This document shows positions 32,067 to 41,900 of a DNA stretch of 64,000 nucleotides, piece after piece. The notes beneath the pieces were generated by a model that was given only the letters and a program-made list of their open reading frames with translations, was not told the DNA's origin and searched no databases. Source of the stretch: a candidate division WOR-3 bacterium (GTDB lineage Bacteria; Hydrothermota; Hydrothermia; UBA1063); assembly GCA_039803545.1 (NCBI GenBank), contig JBDRYS010000001.1, forward strand, positions 833,866 through 897,865. Direction: 5' to 3'. Each line of letters starts with the position of its first letter. Within the stretch, counting starts at the first letter, position 1. Both the position numbers and the translations under genes were made by a program.

Positions 32067-32747
32067 CTAAGAAAGGCCAAAACGCCTCTTTACCTCCTTT
32101 AGAATCAAATCTACCTGCTCTTCAATAGAAAGATTTGTTGTATCTAATATAAAGGCATCATCAGGGATTTTCAAAGGGGCGTAATCCCTCGTTGAATCCA
32201 TCTCATCACGTCTCTTAATTTCCTCCAGAATTTTGCTGAAATCCGCTTTAATGCCTTTTGATTCCAACTCTTTAAGCCGCCTCCTTGCCCTTTCTTCTGG
32301 AGAAGCCTCCATATAAACTTTGAGGTCAGCATCAGGGAGAACCACTGTCCCGATGTCCCTACCTTCAATTACAACACCACCTTTCTGAGCCATACTCCTC
32401 TGTAGTTCAACCATCTTTTTCCTAACAAAGGGATAAGCTGAAATAATCGATACCACCTTATCAACTTCCGGGGTTCTTATGGCTTCAGATACATCCTCTC
32501 CATTGAGGTAAGTTCGGACCTCATCATTTATCACTTTTTGCTCGATTTTCACCTCGTCGATGATTTTTTTAACCTCCTCACCTTTTGTAGGGTCTATCCC
32601 TTTCCTCAATACCGCAAGGGCAACCGCTCTGTACATCGCTCCGGTGTCCACAGGGAGTAAACCCAGAGCCTTTGCAACCAATTTTGCAGTGGTTGTCTTT
32701 CCGGCACCGGCTGGACCATCTATAGCTATTTTAAGATTGATTTTCAT
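32067..32747 (-). CDS. cmk: cytidylate kinase
   Basis: The sequence reads IAIDGPAGAGKTT... The probable start is MKINLKIAIDGPAG, and the annotated ORF extends 32 codons further to 32843. Confidence 0.88.
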   Translation of the reverse strand: MKINLKIAIDGPAGAGKTTTAKLVAKALGLLPVDTGAMYRAVALAVLRKGIDPTKGEEVKKIIDEVKIEQKVINDEVRTYLNGEDVSEAIRTPEVDKVVSIISAYPFVRKKMVELQRSMAQKGGVVIEGRDIGTVVLPDADLKVYMEASPEERARRRLKELESKGIKADFSKILEEIKRRDEMDSTRDYAPLKIPDDAFILDTTNLSIEEQVDLILKEVKRRFGLS

Positions 32748-32858
32748 CGCTAAAAGTATAATTAACAAGCCGCGTGCAATCAATGAAAGGGAATAAAAAA
32801 GTAAGTTCAAAATTTCTAAAATACCATCCTTAGTACGGAACAATTGCTTTAATATTTT

Positions 32859-33359
32859 ATGCTTTCAAAAAGGACGCGGAATATGAAAAAAGAAGATATC
32901 GAGTTCATGAAGATAGTTCTTGAGATGGCTGAAAATAATGTTAAAGAAGGGCGTGGTGGGCCCTTTGCTGCAATTATTGTCAAAGACGGAAAAATAGTCG
33001 GAAAAGGCACAAACCTTGTTACCTCGATAAATGACCCTACCGCCCATGCTGAAATAGTTGCAATCCGCGACGCTGCAAAAAACTTAAACACCTTTAATCT
33101 TCAGGGTACTGAAATCTACACCTCTTGCGAACCTTGTCCTATGTGCCTTGGTGCCATCTACTGGGCAAGGATAGATAAAATTTACTACGCAGCGACTCGA
33201 GAAGACGCCAAAAATGCAGGTTTTGACGACCTTGAATTCTATGAAGAAATTTGCAAGAGGCCAGAAGATAGAAAAATTAAAATGATCAAACTGGACATCC
33301 CTGAGAAGAACAAGGCCTTCGAGGTCTGGATTAAAAAGGAAGACAAAATCCCTTACTAA
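32859..33359 (+). CDS. CMP/dCMP-type zinc deaminase (TadA/GuaD-like nucleoside or base deaminase)
   Basis: The sequence has HAE...PCxxC zinc ligands (HAEIVAIRDA...CEPCPMCLGAI). Confidence 0.8.
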   Translation: MLSKRTRNMKKEDIEFMKIVLEMAENNVKEGRGGPFAAIIVKDGKIVGKGTNLVTSINDPTAHAEIVAIRDAAKNLNTFNLQGTEIYTSCEPCPMCLGAIYWARIDKIYYAATREDAKNAGFDDLEFYEEICKRPEDRKIKMIKLDIPEKNKAFEVWIKKEDKIPY

Positions 33360-33499
33360 ATATAAGCGAAGCTCGCTAAAAGAAAAAGCTATTTTTCATA
33401 CCTAAAACCTTCAAGATTAAAGTTTATGTCGTCCATCTTATCCATCTAAAAAGATTCTTTGACATCCAGACCTGATCTTGTATAATTTTGACGCTCTTT

Positions 33500-33690
33500 G
33501 GAATTGTCCGGGTGAGGGGAAGTTGGGTGAAAATCCCACGCTGCCCCCGCAACCGTGAGTGGCAAAAGGCCTTCCTCAAAAGGCCACTGGAGAAAAGGGT
33601 GCAAGCTCTTTCTCTGGGAAGGCGAGGAAGGTGCCACGAGCCGGGAGACCCGAATCCGGATAGGCTGAAACCCGCCCCCGGGGTGTGGGG
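33500..33690 (+). ncRNA. cobalamin (adenosylcobalamin/B12) riboswitch
   Basis: The conserved cores GGTGAAAATCCCACGCTGCCCCCGCAACCGTGA and the B12-box GCCACTGG...GGGAAGGCG are present. A C-rich segment just before the AGGAGG Shine-Dalgarno of the downstream TonB-dependent receptor suggests translational sequestration. Confidence 0.85.
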
Positions 33691-33702
33691 AAGGAGGATT
33701 AA

Positions 33703-35364
33703 ATGGAGTTTTTGCTTTTATTTGTATCTTTTCTGCCATTTTTTGAAATTAAAGACACAATTTACAGTTATGCCTACGTTGACAATCTCCTTTCAAACTT
33801 CAGAGTCCCTTACAACTATTCCATAAAATCCTTAGCCTTTTATTCGACCCCTATCTATTCCAATCTTTTGGTATTCAAAGGGTACAATATCTACTCGCCA
33901 TCCTTAGGAGGTACTTCACCGGAAGAAAACTTAGTGTTTTTTGACGGGATTCCTCTCATAAATCCCATGCTGGGGTATCAGGAACTGTCATTAATCCCAG
34001 CAAACCTCATCGGCATCGCAGAAGTCATCCATAGCTCAAGCCCTTTTAGCGGCCTTGCAGGGATCGGAGGCGCAATAAATTTAATCCCTTTGAAAAACCC
34101 ACTTGAAGTAAAGGTTTCAAATCTTAGAAAAGAACTAAAACTCGGTATTGGACCCTTTAAGGGCCTTTCCCTTACTGTTTTTCACGAGACCTTCACCGAT
34201 AGCTTTCCTATTGAATATGAAAAGGTTACCCTCTGGGTAAAAAATACCCACGATGAAAAAACGGGTTTTTTAGCGAAATTCAGTCAAGGAACCGTATTAG
34301 TTATTAAAAGAAAGGCTGGTGCCCCCGGCCCCCTCGGTAGTTTATCCACGGGAGAAAGGAATGAGCTATCCGCTGGCTCAAACTTTAATTTCTCTCTTAA
34401 GAAATGCAACCTCCAACTTTCCTCCAATTACACTTCGCAAACTTACACATCCTCAAGCACGTCAGACTTTCACAAAACCCTTTTCCTTAGAGGAGTTATA
34501 AAGGGAAAAGAGGTAGAAACAGGTGCAAATTTATATGGTGCAAACTCCACAAAAATAGGAAATCACATCATTCCTGAAATTTTTGGCATCTTAGGCATTA
34601 AAAGGATGTTGACTCAAAAGACTGAGCTAATTGCGACAATAAACCTTATTTACAACCCAACCTTTAAAACCCTCTTCCCCAATCCTTCGATCTCCTTAAG
34701 CAATAATCTAAAATTTGACCTTTTCAGTTTTTTGACAGTCTCCTTAAATCACCGCAATCCGACCCTAAATGAACTTTACTGGCCTGAGGATAACTTCGCA
34801 AGGGGAAATCCAGAACTAAAACCAGAAAGGTCTTTCAACATCGATGCTGGTCTTCGAAAGGTATCGCCAAAATTTTACCTTAACCTCTTTGTATTCTTTA
34901 AAAAAATAAACAACGGAATCTTATGGGTTCAGGAAGATAAATACGTGCCTAAAAATTTTGCGTCTTTGTCCCATAAAGGCGCAGGGCTTGAGGCGGTTTT
35001 TAAACCTCGGAATGACCTCATTTATGCAGAGTTCAGTCTAAATTTACAGGACTCCCGATTAAACGGTACGCCCTTTATCTACAGGCCAAATCTGACCTTA
35101 AGCAGCAGCCTCGGAATGGGACCTACTAAGATAGAACTCAGTTACATAGGTAAACGCCCCGAGAGGCCAAATAGTACAAAAATGCTACCTCCTGTCTGGA
35201 TGATAAATCTTTCCATGGAGAAAAGTTTTACTTTAGGAGGTCAAAATTTTGCAATAAGAGCAGGCGTAGAAAACCTTTTGAATAAAAATTATGAAATTGT
35301 AAGGGGATATCCCCTCCCCGGCCGGGAGCTATTCTTTGAAATCTCAGTAAACAGGAGGATGTAG
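33703..35364 (+). CDS. TonB-dependent outer-membrane receptor, BtuB-like (cobalamin transporter)
   Basis: The plug motifs VFFDGIPLINP and GGAINLIP are followed by a beta-barrel. The gene lies immediately downstream of the B12 riboswitch. Confidence 0.8.
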   Translation: MEFLLLFVSFLPFFEIKDTIYSYAYVDNLLSNFRVPYNYSIKSLAFYSTPIYSNLLVFKGYNIYSPSLGGTSPEENLVFFDGIPLINPMLGYQELSLIPANLIGIAEVIHSSSPFSGLAGIGGAINLIPLKNPLEVKVSNLRKELKLGIGPFKGLSLTVFHETFTDSFPIEYEKVTLWVKNTHDEKTGFLAKFSQGTVLVIKRKAGAPGPLGSLSTGERNELSAGSNFNFSLKKCNLQLSSNYTSQTYTSSSTSDFHKTLFLRGVIKGKEVETGANLYGANSTKIGNHIIPEIFGILGIKRMLTQKTELIATINLIYNPTFKTLFPNPSISLSNNLKFDLFSFLTVSLNHRNPTLNELYWPEDNFARGNPELKPERSFNIDAGLRKVSPKFYLNLFVFFKKINNGILWVQEDKYVPKNFASLSHKGAGLEAVFKPRNDLIYAEFSLNLQDSRLNGTPFIYRPNLTLSSSLGMGPTKIELSYIGKRPERPNSTKMLPPVWMINLSMEKSFTLGGQNFAIRAGVENLLNKNYEIVRGYPLPGRELFFEISVNRRM

Positions 35365-35365
35365 T

Positions 35366-36373
35366 ATGCTCAAAAAAACAGTAACCATAATAATAGTCGC
35401 TGTCCTGTTCAGCCTTATCGCCTGTAGAAAGGCGGAGGAATATGTTCCTGAACTCAAAAACTACCTTGTAATTGTAAATACACTCTCTGAAACGGTTTCC
35501 TTTTACGACTTAGACAAAGATACCCTCTACGAAGATGTAATAACTACAGGGAGAACACCTAACGACCTTTTAATCCTCGGAACCACCGGAATTATTGTAA
35601 ACTCAGGATTTCAAGGTATTCCAGCCCTTGACATAATCGACCTCTCCCAGATGAAGATTCTATCAAGAAAACCACTTCCTACAGGTTCCAACCCGTATTC
35701 CACTGCATATATGAATGGAAATTTCTATGTGACCTTAGCGGCAAACAACATGGTTTATGTATTAAACCAGAATTTTCTTCCCATAGATTCCTTTACAGTA
35801 GGTAAATGGCCCGAGGGTATAACTGCATTTAACGGAAAAATCCTGGTGGCATCCACTGGATTCAATATTCAAGATTATACCTACGGTGATGGTTACCTGT
35901 ATGTAGTCACAAAGACCAAAGCAGGATTTTCCAAGGACTCCGTGAAAGTTGGTAAAAACCCACAGATAGTAAAAATTAGAGATAACAAAATATGGGTATG
36001 TTGCACCGGAGATTACGCCGGGAACACGGGTGCCTTATATATCATTAACCCTTCAACTCTTGCTATCGAAGATTCCATTAAAGTAAACTTCTACCCAAGT
36101 GACTTTGAAGTGTTCTCCAATGGAACTGTATTATTCACCGACTTTATGAATGGCATCTTTAGAATAAGAAATAACAGCCTCATTGACACGGTGATGATAG
36201 TTTATGGGGCATCAAGGATTATCAAGGACGGGAATACAGGCCTTGTATCCGTCTTTAATGCATCTGATTCCAACTACATCTTCTTTGTGGACCCTGATAG
36301 CAACATTGTTTATAATTCCATAAATGCGGGACTTGCAAAAGGTGTAGGACCCATCGGTATCTTTAGAGAATAG
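35366..36373 (+). CDS. lipoprotein with a YVTN-type beta-propeller fold, a candidate BtuG-like surface B12-binding protein
   Basis: The sequence has a lipobox (...FSLIAC) and repeated blades (VYVLN, ILVAST, LYVVTK, KIWVCC, ...). It is translationally coupled to the BtuB-like gene, with 1 bp between them. Confidence 0.55.
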   Translation: MLKKTVTIIIVAVLFSLIACRKAEEYVPELKNYLVIVNTLSETVSFYDLDKDTLYEDVITTGRTPNDLLILGTTGIIVNSGFQGIPALDIIDLSQMKILSRKPLPTGSNPYSTAYMNGNFYVTLAANNMVYVLNQNFLPIDSFTVGKWPEGITAFNGKILVASTGFNIQDYTYGDGYLYVVTKTKAGFSKDSVKVGKNPQIVKIRDNKIWVCCTGDYAGNTGALYIINPSTLAIEDSIKVNFYPSDFEVFSNGTVLFTDFMNGIFRIRNNSLIDTVMIVYGASRIIKDGNTGLVSVFNASDSNYIFFVDPDSNIVYNSINAGLAKGVGPIGIFRE

Positions 36374-36381
36374 GAGAAATA

Positions 36382-36813
36382 GTGATACCTGACTTTGAAA
36401 ATCCGCTCCAGAAGTGGTTCAAGGAGTTTACAAAAAAGAGGGCAGAAATCGTGAAGAAAAACCACCTTGAAAATCCGCAGCAAATAGCAGACTATTTCAC
36501 TTACAAGAATATGAAAGTGCTGGAGCCCGATTTCTGCCCTCTTTACAAAACCAATGAAAGATGCCACGAAGTGTCCGAAGAAGAGCTTATTTGCTTTTTT
36601 TGTGGATGTCCTTACTACGACTATGACCTCTGGGATGAAGAAAGGAAGGAATTCGGTGGGTGCAAAATCAATTCTCCCTATGGCCTAAGAAATGAATATG
36701 GTTACTGGGATTGCTCCAATTGCATATTACCCCATACTAAAAAATTCGTATTGCAGTATCTCAAGAAACATTTACGGTATATGGAAATCAGGGACTCGAA
36801 GAGCATTGGTTAG
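36382..36813 (+). CDS. Cys-rich small protein (putative metal-binding, zf-like) in the B12 operon
   Basis: The 143-aa ORF has 10 Cys in patterns CPLY..C, CFFCGC, GGC and CSNC. It sits 9 bp after the lipoprotein gene. Confidence 0.5.
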   Translation: MIPDFENPLQKWFKEFTKKRAEIVKKNHLENPQQIADYFTYKNMKVLEPDFCPLYKTNERCHEVSEEELICFFCGCPYYDYDLWDEERKEFGGCKINSPYGLRNEYGYWDCSNCILPHTKKFVLQYLKKHLRYMEIRDSKSIG

Positions 36814-36824
36814 CAGAAGATATT

Positions 36825-37934
36825 TCAAGATGGGTAAACTTTTCTCCCGCGCCAAGGAATGGGTATGTGCAGAAATCTTAAAACCAGAGACAAGAGAAAC
36901 ACAACCACAAAAAAAGTTACATGTAAAGGCCACATAATGGTGTCCCACCATTTGAATGACCCAAGTTTTGTCGCAGCCACATAGACAAGACCTAAGAAAA
37001 CAACGTATAGCAGCGTGTACCCGAACAACAAAGGCGAATTTAGATTCTCAAAAATTCCTTTCAAGCAGTTGAAAGATGTAGCTACAATTCCAAAAACCTG
37101 TAATATTGTAAAAAAGGAAGAGCGACTTGCTCCCGTAGCAAAATTCTTCATCCATCCAAATATTAAACTTCGTATCCCTTCCGGGTACATTCGAAAGCTG
37201 ATCAGACCGTTGTGAGGCAAAGATAAAAGATTCACACCTTTCTCCGCAAGAGAGATTCCCATATCCATGTCCTCAATAATGCTACTTCTTGCAAGTAGAT
37301 GGCCTCCTGTCTCTTCATATAAGCGCCTTGGGAAAAATATGCAGGGCCCGAAGAGACCCTTCGTTTTAAACGTACAATTTTTCTTTTTCCTTGCATCTAT
37401 CCCAAGCACAGCAATTAGGTTAAACAATAGGGAAAAATGCTCATAAAAATCTTCCAGAATGTGGTAAGGTTGAATGGATAAAACCGTATTTTCTCCAATA
37501 TGGCCTCCAAATCTTTCGAGGAACTCAGGTGCTAAGATCACATCAGCATCCAGGAACAGCAAGATCTCACCCTGTGCTGATTTCGCTCCTGCATAGCATG
37601 CAAAACTCTTTCCTAACCATCCTTGAGGCGGTTTCACATTGAGTACCTTCGCACCATATCTTTCGGCTACTTCCGCGGTAGCATCACTGGAATCGTCATT
37701 CACCACTATCACTTCCAACGGTTTCACAGTCTGGTATCTAATTGAATTCAGTAGTTTCGGCAACCTTCTCTCTTCATTCCTCGCCGGTATTATAATGGAA
37801 ATCGATTTAACCCCATTCGATGGTGCCCGACACCTGCTGAAAAATCTGAGTACTCTTATTAAAGCCCATAACGCAAGTGAAAAGAAAAAAACGCTCTGCA
37901 GCCCTTCGAGAACAAAAGCGCTAAGGTCAAACAA
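36825..37934 (-). CDS. glycosyltransferase family 2 (membrane-associated)
   Basis: The sequence has a GT-A fold with motifs ISIIIPARNEE, VIVVNDDSSD and DAD, plus C-terminal TM helices. Confidence 0.85.
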   Translation of the reverse strand: MFDLSAFVLEGLQSVFFFSLALWALIRVLRFFSRCRAPSNGVKSISIIIPARNEERRLPKLLNSIRYQTVKPLEVIVVNDDSSDATAEVAERYGAKVLNVKPPQGWLGKSFACYAGAKSAQGEILLFLDADVILAPEFLERFGGHIGENTVLSIQPYHILEDFYEHFSLLFNLIAVLGIDARKKKNCTFKTKGLFGPCIFFPRRLYEETGGHLLARSSIIEDMDMGISLAEKGVNLLSLPHNGLISFRMYPEGIRSLIFGWMKNFATGASRSSFFTILQVFGIVATSFNCLKGIFENLNSPLLFGYTLLYVVFLGLVYVAATKLGSFKWWDTIMWPLHVTFFVVVFLLSLVLRFLHIPIPWRGRKVYPS

Positions 37935-37941
37935 GGGGGGG

Positions 37942-38415
37942 TTAGAACTTATTCAGAAGTACTACCCCGAGATTTAAAGCAGAGGCAAAGCTCACCCATA
38001 GGATATATGGAAGAAGAAGATAGCCGGAAACCCTTGATACACGGAAAAATACGATTACGTTTATGAGAATAGCAACCCAAAGAAATACAATTTCGACGAA
38101 AGCGTATAATGGTGCTTTAAGTCCAAAGAATAGGATTGACCACAAGAAGTTCAAAAGGAGCTGGACTGCGAAAACACCTATGCACAGAGAAGGATTGCCA
38201 CCAAATCCCTTTAGCCAGGCGAAATAAAAAGCCAGCCCCATAAGAATGAAAAGTAAAGTCCACGCAGGAGCAAAAAGCCAATTCGGCGGAGTGAAAGATG
38301 GCTTGTTTATCTCCTTATACCATGTATTAACGGAGGTTGACGTGAAGATACTCCCAACAAAACCAACAATTAACGGTATTGCAAGGGATACTATTAATTT
38401 TAAAACTTTTGACAT
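37942..38415 (-). CDS. tspO: TspO/MBR tryptophan-rich sensory protein (tetrapyrrole-binding membrane protein)
   Basis: The 157-aa ORF has five TM helices and the motifs ...WYKEINKPSFTPPNWLFAPAWTLLF... and ...LNFLWSILFF..., the TspO family signature. Confidence 0.88.
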   Translation of the reverse strand: MSKVLKLIVSLAIPLIVGFVGSIFTSTSVNTWYKEINKPSFTPPNWLFAPAWTLLFILMGLAFYFAWLKGFGGNPSLCIGVFAVQLLLNFLWSILFFGLKAPLYAFVEIVFLWVAILINVIVFFRVSRVSGYLLLPYILWVSFASALNLGVVLLNKF

Positions 38416-38787
38416 TTCACCCCTTTTTAATTTTGAAAAATTTTATAATCATGAAAATGAAAAAGCAAAATCTCAACCCCTCAAAATTAAGCCTAATTGC
38501 ATGATCTTGTATTTTAGTTCTGATTCCCCTTTGAGGCTCTTTTTCTTGCTTTAGGCCTTGTCAAGCTCCCTTTTTAGTTTGATTATTGCTTCTGTCAATT
38601 TTACTATCCTTATGTTATTTCTCAAACCCAATAACTTTTCCCGATTCTTCGCCTACACCTTCAACTTTTAACACCCGTTTAACTGCGCCGCTATCTCATT
38701 CCCACTTTACCTCTCTCCCGTTTACTTTGTGTCTCTCGCCATCTTCATTTGCTATGACTACATTGCGTTCCTCCTTGTTGTAAGAAC

Positions 38788-38887
38788 AAAAGAATGCAGT
38801 GTGGTCGCCGTTTTATTATTTTGATATTTCTGATTAAACAATCCCATTTCAAGTAGATTAATTTTGAGGAACGCCGAACTCTTGACA
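38788..38887 (+). promoter_or_regulatory. copy A of a duplicated ~100-bp upstream module that ends in a sigma70-like promoter (TTGACA-17-TATATT) for the giant surface protein gene
   Basis: It is about 86% identical over 100 bp to 43467..43566. The -35 element is at 38882-38887 and the -10 at 38905-38910. A good Shine-Dalgarno sequence (AAAGGAGG) precedes the ATG at 38988. Confidence 0.6.
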
Positions 38888-38987
38888 AATTTTTCAACTT
38901 ATTGTATATTATGATTACTATCTTGAACTTTAGCCCTGTGTTCCCGAGCTTTAGTTTGAGATAGAGAGGCAAAAAGGAGGTTGAAAG

Positions 38988-41900
38988 ATGAGGCCTCTAA
39001 GGTACATAGTGTATGTAATAGTGGTGTCATTGCCCCTATGGGCCTATATTCCCACTCAAGAACTGATAAAGGCCTACAGGGGCTTTGAACCAAACTACGG
39101 CCAGGTGCAGGACTTCGAAGGCAAACCTGTAAAGGACATCATCTTCTCAACAAAAGCTCCGGGACTCAATTTGTTCTTCAAGAAAGATGGTGTCAGTTAT
39201 GTGATTTACTCAAAAACTAATGAAGAATTAAATTCTTTCGAAGGCTTCGATTTGAAAGAGAGGCTCAATAAAGAAGATTCTTCCCCTTTAAATTATGCTC
39301 GTGTTGATCTTGAACTGGTGGGTGGAAACATTGATAACTCAAAGATTGTCTTTGAAGATGAACTACCGGGTTATGTGAACTACTATCTTCCCGGTTGTCC
39401 TGAGGGGATAACAAATCTAAAGACTTACAGGGTTGTAAGAGTCAAGGATGTTTATCCTGGTATAGACTGGGTCTTCAGGTATGATGCCGATGGGAACTTA
39501 CACCATGAGTTTGTAGTAAAGCCTGAAGGTAATCCTGATGAAATAAAACTAAAGGTGAAGTGGGCAGATGTAAAGTTAAGTGATGATGGAAGTGAGATCA
39601 TTTTATCCACGCCGGTGGGAGATATTCTTGATGGTAGTATTTATGCTTATGAGGGTGATAAAAGGGTGAAGGTGAACTATGTTTTTGATGATGGGCTTTT
39701 GGCCTACGATGTAAGAGGCTGGAGGAGGAATGAAAATCTTGTCATAGACCCACCCTTGGGGAGATTATGGGCTACTTATTATGGGGGAAATATAATTGAT
39801 TGGGCCCATTCCATAACGACAGACCCACAGGGTAATGTTTATGTGGTGGGTTGGACTGAATCTGACGATTTTCCTGTTTCAAATCCAGATGGTGGTGCTT
39901 ACTATCAGGGAAGTAACGCTGGGTATTCTGATGCTTTCATACTCAAATTCAATTCCAGTGGAGTAAGATTATGGGCTACTTATTATGGGGGAAGTGATTA
40001 TGATTGGGCCAATTCTGTAGCGACAGACCCACAGGGTAATGTTTATGTGGTGGGGTGGACTCGTTCTACCGATTTTCCTATTTACAATCCAGGAGGTGGT
40101 GCTTACTATCAGGGAAATAATGCTGGTGGTTATGATGCCTTCATACTCAAATTCAATTCCAGTGGAGTAAGGCGATGGGCTACTTATTATGGGGGAAGTG
40201 GTTTGTGGGAGGAGGCCTTTTCTGTAGCGACAGACCCACAGGGTAATGTTTATGTGGTGGGGCAGACTGGTTCTACCAATTTTCCTGTTTACAATCCAGG
40301 TGGTGGTGCTTACTATCAGGGAAGTATGGCTGATACTTCTGATGCCTTCATACTCAAATTCAATTCCAGTGGAGTAAGGCTATGGGCTACTTATTATGGG
40401 GGAAGTGGTGATGATTTTGCCCATTCTGTAGCGACAGACCCACAGGGTTATGTTTATGTGGTGGGGTGGACTCGTTCTACCAATTTTCCTGTTTACTATC
40501 CAGGCGGTGGTGCTTACTATCAGGGGACAATTGGAGGTGGATCTATTAATTATACTGATGCCTTCATTCTCAAATTCTATTCCAGTGGAATGAGGTTATG
40601 GGCTACTTATTATGGGGGAAATTATAATGATTCTGCCAATTCTGTAGCGACGGACCTATATGGTAATGTTTATGTGGCGGGTAATACTCATTCTACCGAT
40701 TTTCCTGTTTACAATCCATATGGGGCTTACTACCAACAAAATAATAATGGCTATTCAGACGCCTTCCTTCTGAAATTTATGACAGGGGATGGTCCTACTT
40801 TAGTATTCCCCGGCCCCCTACAGATTATTAATACTTCGCCAGTTAATTTTGTGTGGAAGACCTTTAAAATCTTTGGTGGTTACAACCGTTATCAACTTCA
40901 GATTAGCACAAACAGTAATTTTAACCCATCTAATACATATTTGACTGCTGATACCAGCTATAGTGTTAACCTTTCCGATGGAATTTACTACTGGAGGGTA
41001 AGAGCTGTGGCCTCAAATACCTCTGATTCTACTTCCTGGACTGCCTCACTGTTTGAGCTGGATAAAACCCCACCTACAGTTCCCAATCTTGTGTCCCCGA
41101 GTAATGGCGCAGCCTTTAACACATCAAGTGTTACCCTAATCTGGAATCGCTCCCAAGACAACCTATCCGGTATGGATCAATATGAGATTCAACTCGCCAA
41201 TAATCCCTCCTTTACCAATCCCACCACATATTTAACCTCTGATACGACATATTCAGTCAGCAATCTCAATGAAGGAACCTACTACTGGCGCGTGAGGGCG
41301 AAGGATAATGCAGGAAATTATAGCGGATGGTCCAGCAGTCGTAGTTTTACCCTCGACAGAACAGCACCTACAGTTCCCAATCTTGTGTCTCCAAGTAATG
41401 GCGCAGCCTTTAACACATCAAGTGTTACCCTAATCTGGAATCGCTCCCAAGACAACCTATCCGGTATGGATCAATATGAGATTCAACTCGCCAATAACCC
41501 CTCCTTTACCAATCCCGCCTCATATTTAACCTCTGATACGACATATTCAATCAGCAATGAAGGAACCTACTACTGGCGCGTGAGGGCGAAGGACAATGCA
41601 GGAAATTATAGCGGATGGTCCAGCAGTCGTAGTTTTACCCTCGACAGAACAGCACCTACAATTCCCAATCTTGTGTCCCCAGATACCAATGCGATGTTGA
41701 ATACTTCCAGCGTAACTTTGATTTGGAATCGCTCCCGAGACTACATATCCGGTGTGGGTCAATATGAGATTCAACTCGCCAATAACCCCTCCTTTACCAA
41801 TCCCACCACATATTTAACCTCTGATACGACATATTCAGTCAGCAATCTCAATGAAGGAACCTACTACTGGCGTGTGAGGGCTAAGGATAATGCAGGAAAT

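Noticed and set aside
32748-32843. N-terminal 32-codon extension of cmk, and similar long-ORF extensions of arsC, mrdA, priA and the secreted protein at 25320
   Set aside because: The extensions lack conserved N-terminal motifs (for example the P-loop starts right after the internal Met) or overlap upstream genes. Internal Met starts were preferred.
33446-33826. Two overlapping ORFs (97 aa on the minus strand, 112 aa on the plus strand) upstream of the TonB-dependent receptor
   Set aside because: They lie inside the cobalamin riboswitch. The G/C-rich RNA structure creates open frames, and there is no Shine-Dalgarno sequence or coding-like composition.
38586-38783. 65-aa ORF in the intergenic region before the giant gene
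   Set aside because: It reflects a pyrimidine-tract artefact and is low-complexity. It was treated as non-coding, though the tract itself is noted as a finding.
41547-41774. 75-aa minus-strand ORF and other antisense ORFs inside the giant repeat gene
   Set aside because: They are antisense to a strongly supported repetitive CDS. Open frames are expected because of repeat composition.
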